From Myxococcota bacterium (GTDB lineage: Bacteria; Myxococcota; XYA12-FULL-58-9; JALHOP01): DNA of 52,046 nt. The stretch is from positions 1 through 52,046 of the forward strand of contig JBGGMJ010000001.1 in NCBI GenBank assembly GCA_041288095.1. Direction: 5' to 3'. The notes beneath the pieces are model-generated. The model was not told the DNA's origin. It ran no database searches and saw only the letters and a list, made by a program, of their open reading frames with translations. Below, piece after piece: positions 36,392 through 46,347 of this stretch (the stretch's first letter is position 1; each line of letters begins with the position of its first letter). The translations under genes were made by a program, and so were the position numbers.

Positions 36392-37191
36392 TGGAGGCCG
36401 CGCTCCTCGAGCTCGGCCTCGGAGAGCCCCAACGCGTGCCCGACTTCGTGGACCACGGTCAGTGTCACCTCGCGCACCAGCTCGTCGCGATCCAAACAAG
36501 CGCGCTCGAGATTGCGCTTGAACAAGAGGATGGTGGCCTGCTCGATGGGTGGGGCATCGAACGCGCCCGCTTTGCCGGGCGGGGTGCCGACGAACAAGCC
36601 GAGGGCGCGCGGCGACAGTGGCGGATCCGAGAGCCGCAGATCTTCCGGGTGCGGCAGCTCCGCGACCAGCACCGGGATATTGCGCACCGCCTGCGCCACC
36701 GTTGCCGGCAGGCTGGTGAGCGCCTCCTCGACGATGGTCTCGAAGGCCTCACGCGCGAGCTGCGGCCGTGGTGTGTAGAGGTCGGCGTCGAGGCGGCGGG
36801 CTTGCCGGAAATGCTCGGCCTCGGCCCCGCTCCCTTGCAGCTCGGCGATCAGCCCCAAGGTGTAGTGCGCCTCGGCGAGATTCGCGTCTCCACGCAGGGC
36901 GCTGCGTAGCGCGTTCTCGGCCTCGGCGAGCCGCCCGAGCTCGAACATGGCAACACCGCGCGACAGATCGACGTCGGGATCGGCGACATCGGGATCGGCG
37001 ACGGACTCGAAGCTCGACAATGCGCCCGCCGCGTCCCCCAGCTCGAGGAGAATGTCGCCGCGCATCATCGCGGCGAAGTAACGCGCGTCTTCCCCCTGCA
37101 TGGCGGCGCGGTCGCAGGCCTGGAGGGCGTCGTGGTGACGTCCGTCGTGCCAGGCCTCTTCGGCCTCGTCCATGAGGTCTTCCCAGGTCAT
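36388..37191 (-). CDS. TPR + minimal zincin (DUF1025-like) metallopeptidase
   Basis: N-terminal TPRs; LGLFVG, ILLFKRNLE and TVVHEVGHALG motifs. Confidence 0.9.
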   Translation of the reverse strand: MTWEDLMDEAEEAWHDGRHHDALQACDRAAMQGEDARYFAAMMRGDILLELGDAAGALSSFESVADPDVADPDVDLSRGVAMFELGRLAEAENALRSALRGDANLAEAHYTLGLIAELQGSGAEAEHFRQARRLDADLYTPRPQLAREAFETIVEEALTSLPATVAQAVRNIPVLVAELPHPEDLRLSDPPLSPRALGLFVGTPPGKAGAFDAPPIEQATILLFKRNLERACLDRDELVREVTLTVVHEVGHALGLSEAELEERGLQ

Positions 37192-37198
37192 CTCGGCC

Positions 37199-38674
37199 CT
37201 AGCTCAACATTTCGATCAGGGTCGCCACCATCACGCCGGTACCCCCCTTGCTCATGGCCCCACTATCCTTCTTGCTCCAGATCGGGCCAGCGATGTCGAG
37301 ATGGCACCATGGCACGTCGCCGACGAACTCCGAGAGGAATAGCGCCGCGGTGATGGCTCCGCCAAAGCGGTCACCGGTGTTCTTGGTGTCGGCGATGTCG
37401 CTCTTGAGCTGCTCCTTGAGCAACGGATTGAGCGGCATGCGCCAGGCGTCCTCGCCGGCACGGCGCGAGGCATCCAGCAGCCGGTCGGCCATGTCGTCGT
37501 CGTTCGAGAAGACGCCCGTGGTGTAAGGCCCGAGCGCCACCACGCAAGCGCCGGTAAGGGTCGCGAGGTCGATGATGCGCTTGGGCTTCAGGCTCTTCGC
37601 GTAGTGGATCGCGTCCGCTAAAACGAGCCTTCCTTCGGCGTCGGTGTTGTTGATCTCGACGGTGCGACCCATCGCGGATTTGATGACGTCGCCGTTACGA
37701 AACGCGGTGCCGCTCGGCATGTTCTCGGCCATGGCGAGCACCCCGTGCAGCTCGATGGGCAGCTCGAGCGCAGCGGCGGCGATCATTGTCGCCAGCACCG
37801 TGGCGGCGCCGCCCATGTCGTCTTTCATCTCGTCCATCGAGCTCGGCGGCTTGATGCACAGACCGCCGGAGTCGAAGGTGACGCCTTTGCCGACCAGCAC
37901 CGTCGGGCCTTTCTTGGCCTTCTTCGGCGTGTACGACAGGTGCACCAGCCGCGGTTTCCTGTCGCTGCCGTTACCGACCGCGAGCAGCAGGTTCATGTCC
38001 ATTTTAGCGAGCTGGGCTTCGTCGTAGATCTTGGCGTCGATGCCGTGCTTCTTGGCTTCGGCGGCGGCGAGCTTCGCGAAGGTCGCGGGATAGAGCTCTT
38101 GCGGCGGCTCGTTCACGAGGTCGCGCGCCAGTGCAACGGCTTCGCTGACCACCAACCCGCGGGCGACGGCGCGCTTGTCGACGCCGTGTTTGCTGTCCGC
38201 CGAAGCGATGGCGATGGTCTGCACCGTTTGCTTGCGACCCTTGTCGGAGAGGTAACGCGTGAAGCGGTAGGCACCGAGGGCCGCGCCGCGCGCGATCAAG
38301 CCGTGCGCGTCGATGCCGGTCGGCAGCTCCTTCGGCAGCACCAGAGTCACGTGTTTGGCGCTGACCGCGTTACCGAGGCGGGTCGTCTGTCCGCCCAGGG
38401 CCATGAGCCCCGAAGGTCCAAGGCTCTTCTTGGCGCCGAGGCCGAGGAGCGCGACCCGCTTGGCCCGGAGCTTCCCCATGGTGACCATTTGCAGCCGCTG
38501 CTCGGATTTGCCCTTGAACTCCTCGTCCTCGATGGCTGTCACGATGGCACCCCCGAGGGCGCGATCGAGGGCCTTCATGAGGGAGCCCTTGCCGGGGTCA
38601 TCGGAGAAAACAGCGATTGCCAACAGGTCTGTAGCGGCCGAAAGCGGCTCGCCGTTGAAGGGGACGACGTGCAT
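37199..38674 (-). CDS. pepA: Leucyl aminopeptidase (M17)
   Basis: GKGVTFDSGG, MKDDMGG, NTDAEGRL, DLATLTGA and HLDIAG motifs. Confidence 0.96.
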   Translation of the reverse strand: MHVVPFNGEPLSAATDLLAIAVFSDDPGKGSLMKALDRALGGAIVTAIEDEEFKGKSEQRLQMVTMGKLRAKRVALLGLGAKKSLGPSGLMALGGQTTRLGNAVSAKHVTLVLPKELPTGIDAHGLIARGAALGAYRFTRYLSDKGRKQTVQTIAIASADSKHGVDKRAVARGLVVSEAVALARDLVNEPPQELYPATFAKLAAAEAKKHGIDAKIYDEAQLAKMDMNLLLAVGNGSDRKPRLVHLSYTPKKAKKGPTVLVGKGVTFDSGGLCIKPPSSMDEMKDDMGGAATVLATMIAAAALELPIELHGVLAMAENMPSGTAFRNGDVIKSAMGRTVEINNTDAEGRLVLADAIHYAKSLKPKRIIDLATLTGACVVALGPYTTGVFSNDDDMADRLLDASRRAGEDAWRMPLNPLLKEQLKSDIADTKNTGDRFGGAITAALFLSEFVGDVPWCHLDIAGPIWSKKDSGAMSKGGTGVMVATLIEMLS

Positions 38675-38705
38675 GCGCGCATGTAACGGCTCGCGCCAGC
38701 GAAAC

Positions 38706-38730
38706 GCAACATTCGCCGTAAGTTGCCGAT
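38706..38730 (+). promoter_or_regulatory. Candidate alternative-sigma promoter GCAAC-N14-GCCGAT upstream of the C39-like gene
   Basis: GCAAC attcgccgtaagtt GCCGAT(AT), 27 nt before ATG at 38758; AGGGG Shine-Dalgarno lies in between. Confidence 0.6.
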
Positions 38731-38757
38731 ATTCCGATCAGACAAGGGGCGACGTGT

Positions 38758-39612
38758 ATGACCCGTATCGATCCGATCAGTTTGAACCAGGCCGATCAGT
38801 TCTCGGCGGCTGCCGCTAACATGTCTCCGGCGGCGCTGAGGTCGGTGCAGGATCGCAGCACCAAGCTGGTCAACGGTGTCCTGTCGGGCCGCATCAGCAT
38901 GGCCGAGTTCCAGCAGAGCATGGAGCTCAACATCAACGAGGCCATGAAACCCGGCCGCTTCGCGAACGGCGAGACCGCATATCGACGCCAAAACGGCATC
39001 CGTGAAACCGAGCCGTTGCCACCAGCCAGCACGGCCGAAACGAGCGATCCCTACCGCATCAATCAGCTCGCTTATCGCGGCCAGACGCTCGGCGACGGTG
39101 GCAGCGATCTCGGGCGCGCCGGCTGCTTGCTCGCCGCGACCACCACGGCGTCGAACCGCTTGAACAACAGGGCGGTCACCCTCCCACAGGCCAACACCAC
39201 CGTCCGCAACGCCCGCCAGTTCAGCGGCTCCGACATGAACTTCGGTGGCGCGGCCGAGGCCATGGATGTCACGGTCCTCTCACGCCGTCGCGTCACACCC
39301 GATAGCTCGGCCATGCCGGAGGCGATCGCGAACATGCAGAATGGCCGGCCGCCCCGGCAGCTCATCGTCGGCGTCGACTACAAGGAAGGCTCCCAGAACG
39401 GCTGGGGCACCGATCACTTCATCAACGTGCACAGCGTCTCCGCCGACGGTCAGCGCCTCCATGCTGTCGACTCGGTTGGCGGTCGCGATCTGACGTTCAC
39501 GCGCGACGGCTCTGGCAACTGGCGCGCGGGTCATTACACGATCAGCGAGGTCTCGGAGCTAGCCTCCACCCGCGACGTACCACCGCGCGTCTTGCTGGCT
39601 CGCAAGGCCTAA
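38758..39612 (+). CDS. Papain-fold / peptidase C39-like protein with N-terminal helical extension
   Basis: INQ..Y...LG....LGRAGCLLAA (Gln, Cys), TDHFINV (His) and AVDS (Asp) in the order and spacing expected for C39-like proteins; no signal peptide. Confidence 0.65.
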   Translation: MTRIDPISLNQADQFSAAAANMSPAALRSVQDRSTKLVNGVLSGRISMAEFQQSMELNINEAMKPGRFANGETAYRRQNGIRETEPLPPASTAETSDPYRINQLAYRGQTLGDGGSDLGRAGCLLAATTTASNRLNNRAVTLPQANTTVRNARQFSGSDMNFGGAAEAMDVTVLSRRRVTPDSSAMPEAIANMQNGRPPRQLIVGVDYKEGSQNGWGTDHFINVHSVSADGQRLHAVDSVGGRDLTFTRDGSGNWRAGHYTISEVSELASTRDVPPRVLLARKA

Positions 39613-39722
39613 CTCCAGGTGCCAGACCGGCAATCCGGTCGCTAGGTCACTGGTCGATCTAGTGTCCAAGCCCTTTTTCGCGCCGATAACCCGCCGGTGG
39701 TTCGCACCCCGGGGGTTCCCGC

Positions 39723-41894
39723 ATGACTAAGACGACATGCCTTTCGCGCCTGGTATTTGGCGTGCTGCTCGGTCTTTTCGTTTCCGCTTGCGGTGGCGAA
39801 ACGCGTACCAAACCGCAGACTTGCCAAACCGATGCTCAATGCACCGGCGGCAAGGTTTGCGTGAGCAACACCTGTCAGACGCCGCCATCGGTCACGACCG
39901 GTAGCTGCGTGACCTCGAGCGACTGCTCGACCGGCGAGCACTGCGACGAGGGCGATTGCATCCAAAACACCGGCGGCAGCTGCACCACCGCGATGGACTG
40001 CCCCGAAGACGAATATTGCCAGGCCGGCCACTGCGTCGACGGCGGCGGTGATGATCCCGAAACCTGCGCGACCAACGCCGACTGCCCCACCGGCAAGAAG
40101 TGCAACGACAACGGCGAGTGCGTCGGCTGCGTGACCAACGCGGACTGCACCGGCGGTAAGATCTGCGGCCCCGGCCAGATTTGCAGCAGCCCGACCTGCG
40201 ACGCCGACTCCGATTGCCCCGGCGCCAAGTGCCTCGAGTCCCAGAGCAAGTGCGTGCAGTGTGAAGTCGACGCCGACTGCGCCGGCCGCCGTACGCGCTC
40301 GAACGCCGCCAAGGTTTGCCGCAACAACACCTGCACCAGCCCGAGCTGCACCACCAACGCGGATTGCGGCAGCGGCGTTTGCAAGGGCTCGCCCAAGACC
40401 TGCCAACCCTGCGCGACCAACACCGAGTGCGGCACCGGCAAGACCTGCACCAGCGGTCAGTGCAGCGGCACCAACCCGACCTGTACCAAGCCTTCCGACT
40501 GCGGCGGCATCGCCTGCGTCGGCGGCAAGTACGAGAACTGTGACAACGACAACGACTGCGTGAACGGCTCGACGCTCGGCATCTGCGACGCGAGCACCGG
40601 TAAGTGCGGCGCCGTCGAGTGCACCACGGCCGATCAGTGCGATTCCGGCGAGGCCTGCTACACCCCCGGTCGCTGCGGCCCCTGCATCGCGGACGACGAG
40701 TGCCGAACCGGCGAGTACTGCGTCATCACGGCTCCCGACACCACCGGCTGGTGCCAGACCAATCCGGGCGGCGGCACCGGCTGCACCACGAACGCGCAAT
40801 GCGCGGCCGACCTCGTCTGCTATCAAGGACAGTGCACCACCTGCCTCGCCACCAGCGAGTGCGACTCGTGCGAGGTCTGCGCCTGGAACAACCGCTGCAT
40901 CACCGACACCGCGGGTAGCTGCACGCCGAGCACCGGCTGCACCAGCAACACCCAGTGCCCGTGGGGCCAGAGCTGCATCGCCGGCTACTGCACGACCACG
41001 GGTGGCGGCGGCGGCAGCGGCCAGTTCGGCAGCGCCTGCACCAACAACTCGCAGTGCGCTTTCGGTCTCACCTGCGCCGGCATGGAAGCCGGCTCGTCGA
41101 TCTGCACCCGCCCCTGCATCGGCTCGGGCCAAGGTGGCCTCGACGATTGCCCGACCAATTACTCCTGCGTCGACTGGGACGATACGGTCCTCGACGGTCT
41201 GAAGATCTGCTACCACAAGGATCAGATCGGCGCGGGGATGATGGGCTACCCGTACACGACGCCACCGGGCGGCACCTGCGACGGCAACAACCCTTACCAG
41301 AATAGCTGCCAGACCAGCGTCTGCACCGCGTTCAACGACTGCGCGAGCCTCTGCAACAGCAACGGTGACTGTGGCTCGGGTGAAGTCTGCTACGCCTATC
41401 CCGACCAGTACGTAGGCTACGTGCACCAGTGCTGGCCGAGCGACACCGAGAGCTACTTGGTGGCCGGCGAGGCCTGCAGCGACAACTCGCAGTGCTACAG
41501 CGGCGTGTCCTTGGGCCAGTGCTACGACGGTAACCCCTGCGGCTCCGACTACGATTGCACCGACGGTCAAGGCTGCTACGGCGCCTGCGTCGATCACTGC
41601 CGTACCGTGAACGATTGCGCCGGCGACTCGGCCTGTAACTTCTGGCCGATGTACATCAGCGGCGGCTACCAAGGCTGGACCCCGGTCTGCTCGGGCCGCA
41701 TCTACAGCGGCTACTCCGGCCTCGGCAGCGGCTGCTACAGCGACGCCGACTGCGACAGCGAGTGGTGCATCGACGGCATGTGCACGACGCCATGCGGTAC
41801 GTCGGACGACTGCTGGTCGGGCACGGCCTGTACGCCGATCAACTTCTATAGTGGATCGACACCGGTCTATTCCGGCAGCTTCTGCTTGGACTAG
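39723..41894 (+). CDS. Extremely Cys-rich repeat lipoprotein
   Basis: Lipobox VSAC followed by numerous C-x4-C-x5-C-x4-C modules (e.g. CQTDAQCTGGKVCVSNTC, CATNADCPTGKKC). Confidence 0.9.
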   Translation: MTKTTCLSRLVFGVLLGLFVSACGGETRTKPQTCQTDAQCTGGKVCVSNTCQTPPSVTTGSCVTSSDCSTGEHCDEGDCIQNTGGSCTTAMDCPEDEYCQAGHCVDGGGDDPETCATNADCPTGKKCNDNGECVGCVTNADCTGGKICGPGQICSSPTCDADSDCPGAKCLESQSKCVQCEVDADCAGRRTRSNAAKVCRNNTCTSPSCTTNADCGSGVCKGSPKTCQPCATNTECGTGKTCTSGQCSGTNPTCTKPSDCGGIACVGGKYENCDNDNDCVNGSTLGICDASTGKCGAVECTTADQCDSGEACYTPGRCGPCIADDECRTGEYCVITAPDTTGWCQTNPGGGTGCTTNAQCAADLVCYQGQCTTCLATSECDSCEVCAWNNRCITDTAGSCTPSTGCTSNTQCPWGQSCIAGYCTTTGGGGGSGQFGSACTNNSQCAFGLTCAGMEAGSSICTRPCIGSGQGGLDDCPTNYSCVDWDDTVLDGLKICYHKDQIGAGMMGYPYTTPPGGTCDGNNPYQNSCQTSVCTAFNDCASLCNSNGDCGSGEVCYAYPDQYVGYVHQCWPSDTESYLVAGEACSDNSQCYSGVSLGQCYDGNPCGSDYDCTDGQGCYGACVDHCRTVNDCAGDSACNFWPMYISGGYQGWTPVCSGRIYSGYSGLGSGCYSDADCDSEWCIDGMCTTPCGTSDDCWSGTACTPINFYSGSTPVYSGSFCLD

Positions 41895-41928
41895 CGAGCA
41901 CGGGCGGAGCGCTGCATAGTGCCCGCCC

Positions 41929-43893
<1,965 letters not shown>

Positions 43894-43914
43894 TCCGTCA
43901 TAAAAGAGGGGCCC

Positions 43915-46347
43915 ATGTTCCCCCTCATCGCGTTGACCGTCTTGAGCGCGCCTCTCAACGTTCAACAAAAAGACAGCGGCTACTTCGCGCCCGCCGGCCT
44001 CGACAAACAGACCGACGAGCTCGACGAGGGCACCTCCGAAGCAACGCCTGGTCCGCTACCGCTGACACTCACGATCCGCGGCGGCATCAGCTTGGGCGCG
44101 TACGAGGCGGGTTACAACTGGGCTCTGCTTCGGCTCATGCGTCGCAGCGGCGCCGAGTCCGGCAGGCGGCTCAAGGTGGAGCTCAAGGCGCTGTCGGGCG
44201 CCTCCGCCGGCAACATCAACGTGTTCCTCGGCGCCATCGACTGGCTCGAGAGCACACCGACCGAGCTCGAAGGACCAACGAACCTCTTGTGGAAGGCCTG
44301 GATCAACGTCGGCCTGCAACAGCTCTTGCCACCGGTCGACGACTGCAAGGGCTATCAGAAGATCCTCGGCGCGTATGATCCGCTCGGCAACGGCGTCACG
44401 ACGGCCACCGAGGACGGCGACAAATGCCAAACCTATGGACCCGATGACGGTGTGCTGAGTCGCAGGGCGTTCGAGCGCATCTACGGTCATCTGCACGAGC
44501 GCCTGGGCAACGGCGGCTTCCGCGACGCGCCCGAGATCCCGCTGGGCGTCTCGATGACGCTCACTCAACCGCAACCGAAGGCCGTCGGCAGCCTCGCCAT
44601 CGAAACGCAGCGCGCCTACACCGCGTTCACCGCCGTCGTCAGCAACGGCCACCTCGACTTCAAGTCACGCGAGCTCGAGGCACCGAAGTCGCTGGGCCAC
44701 CACGTCTACCTCGAGCCCCATGCCAACGATTCGCTCAACGCCGCGGTCAGTGACATCGCCACGGCGTCGTCGGCTTTTCCTGTCGCCTTTGGTCCGAAGG
44801 CGCTGTGCGTCTATCTCTATCCACCACGCCTGCGCGGCAAGGACGGCGTACCGACGACATGCACGTCGCTACGTTTCCTCGATGGCGGCGTCTTCGATAA
44901 CGCACCGGTGCGTCTCGCACAGACCCTCGGCAAGGGCCATCGCCTGTCGCTCGATCTCGATCCCGACTTGCCGGCGGCGCCGGGCGCATCCAAAGCCGCG
45001 CCGGCACCCGGTCTCGCCGAGACCTTCGGCATCCTGGGTGGCGCCGTGACCACCGCGCGACGCGCCGAGATGTTGAACCTCGCCAACAACGACCGGGTGC
45101 TGCCGATGCGCCGGTCGGTGCGGGTCTACGGCGAGCGCCTGGGTGCTTTCGCGGCCTTCATCGCGCGGGCCTACCGTCGCTACGACTACTACGTCGGCGT
45201 CTTCGACGCGGCGCGCTTCTTCGCGATCGATCGTTGTTACGCCCTACGCTCGCGCTTGTGGGAGCGTCCCGACCTCAAGTCGCTGCCTCCGCCCGCTGAA
45301 GCGGACACCTGCTACTTCGAAACCCTGGCGTCGCTGTACGGAGAGCTCGCGGTCGGTGGTTCACCCGACGCGGCCTACATCTTCGGCGAGCTGGTGCGCA
45401 CCGACGCGGCAACGACGCACGTCCCCGACGCCGCGGAGCGCTGGCAATTCTCGTCAGGTGAGCCGTCGGTCGTCATCAAATCGGTGGCGAAGGCGATGCT
45501 CCTAGGCCCCGTCCCAGAGGCTCGCGGCACCGACCTCGCGAGCGTGGCGCTGCAGCGCGAGGGCACCTTGGGCCTCCTGCAACGACTCGAGGAAGACGAC
45601 GACTTGAGCAAGGAGCGCGCGCGTTGCCGCCACGCACGTGACGACACGACCTGCATCGAGGTCCGCGAGCTCGATACCATCTTCGAGGACACCAACGGCT
45701 GGGTCGCGTCTCAAGCACGAGCGGCCCTGTCACGCATGTACGACGTCGAGCACGCCACCGCCGGCGCCGGCGAGACGGTGGCCGACTTCGCGCAATTCGC
45801 CTTCGAGCAGGACGCCATGCCTCGGCGCACCGGCTTCCAGCTCGAGTGGACGGTGCCGCGCTGGAGCAAACATCGCTACTACCTCTGGCTCCTGCCGACC
45901 GTCGTCGACTTGCATTTGAAGGACGGCGGCGGGGCCCTGCGCTACATGCCGGCGCTGGCGCTGACCAGCCACTGGGTGCTGGTGGCGCCACTGACGCCGC
46001 TCTGGTGGCAGCGCGACACGCAGAAGGAGAATGCCTGGCGCGCCATGGGCTCGGTCGGCATCGGTGCGCAATACCGTACCGGGAGCCTCGGGCTTTCGGC
46101 CATCGAGCTCGCCGGCCACTTCATCGTCGACACCTACAACCGTGGCAACCGCGAGGAGTGGGCGCAGCGCCTGTCGGGTGAGCTCGGCTTCTACTGGGCC
46201 GCGGGCAAGGTCCACACGGCCCTCCAGTGCGGCGACGGCCCCGCCTTCCGCGACGAAGGGTTGCTGCTCGGCCGCAACTGCCTCTTCAAGCTCGGCCTCG
46301 CCGATCTGCCCGGTCTCGCCTATTGGGCAGCGCGGCTCGGTGACTGA
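43915..46347 (+). CDS. Exported patatin-like phospholipase with C-terminal beta-rich domain
   Basis: GGISLGAYEAG (oxyanion), GASAG (Ser), ASSAFP and DGG (Asp) motifs; short hydrophobic N-terminus. Confidence 0.88.
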   Translation: MFPLIALTVLSAPLNVQQKDSGYFAPAGLDKQTDELDEGTSEATPGPLPLTLTIRGGISLGAYEAGYNWALLRLMRRSGAESGRRLKVELKALSGASAGNINVFLGAIDWLESTPTELEGPTNLLWKAWINVGLQQLLPPVDDCKGYQKILGAYDPLGNGVTTATEDGDKCQTYGPDDGVLSRRAFERIYGHLHERLGNGGFRDAPEIPLGVSMTLTQPQPKAVGSLAIETQRAYTAFTAVVSNGHLDFKSRELEAPKSLGHHVYLEPHANDSLNAAVSDIATASSAFPVAFGPKALCVYLYPPRLRGKDGVPTTCTSLRFLDGGVFDNAPVRLAQTLGKGHRLSLDLDPDLPAAPGASKAAPAPGLAETFGILGGAVTTARRAEMLNLANNDRVLPMRRSVRVYGERLGAFAAFIARAYRRYDYYVGVFDAARFFAIDRCYALRSRLWERPDLKSLPPPAEADTCYFETLASLYGELAVGGSPDAAYIFGELVRTDAATTHVPDAAERWQFSSGEPSVVIKSVAKAMLLGPVPEARGTDLASVALQREGTLGLLQRLEEDDDLSKERARCRHARDDTTCIEVRELDTIFEDTNGWVASQARAALSRMYDVEHATAGAGETVADFAQFAFEQDAMPRRTGFQLEWTVPRWSKHRYYLWLLPTVVDLHLKDGGGALRYMPALALTSHWVLVAPLTPLWWQRDTQKENAWRAMGSVGIGAQYRTGSLGLSAIELAGHFIVDTYNRGNREEWAQRLSGELGFYWAAGKVHTALQCGDGPAFRDEGLLLGRNCLFKLGLADLPGLAYWAARLGD

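Noticed and set aside
39625-39640. GACCGG-CAAT-CCGGTC hairpin after the C39-like gene as a terminator
   Set aside because: Only a 6-bp stem with no U-tract.
39682-39689. Perfect GCCGATAA (sigma28 -10) upstream of the Cys-rich lipoprotein
   Set aside because: No GCAAC or TAAA at 14-15 nt spacing (CCAAG sits at 11 nt), so it was not counted as a motif instance. It could still be a weak site.
39800-41880. Recurring tgcaccacc/gactgc DNA words as a CRISPR or tandem DNA repeat
   Set aside because: They are degenerate, in-frame protein repeats with no constant repeat-spacer structure.
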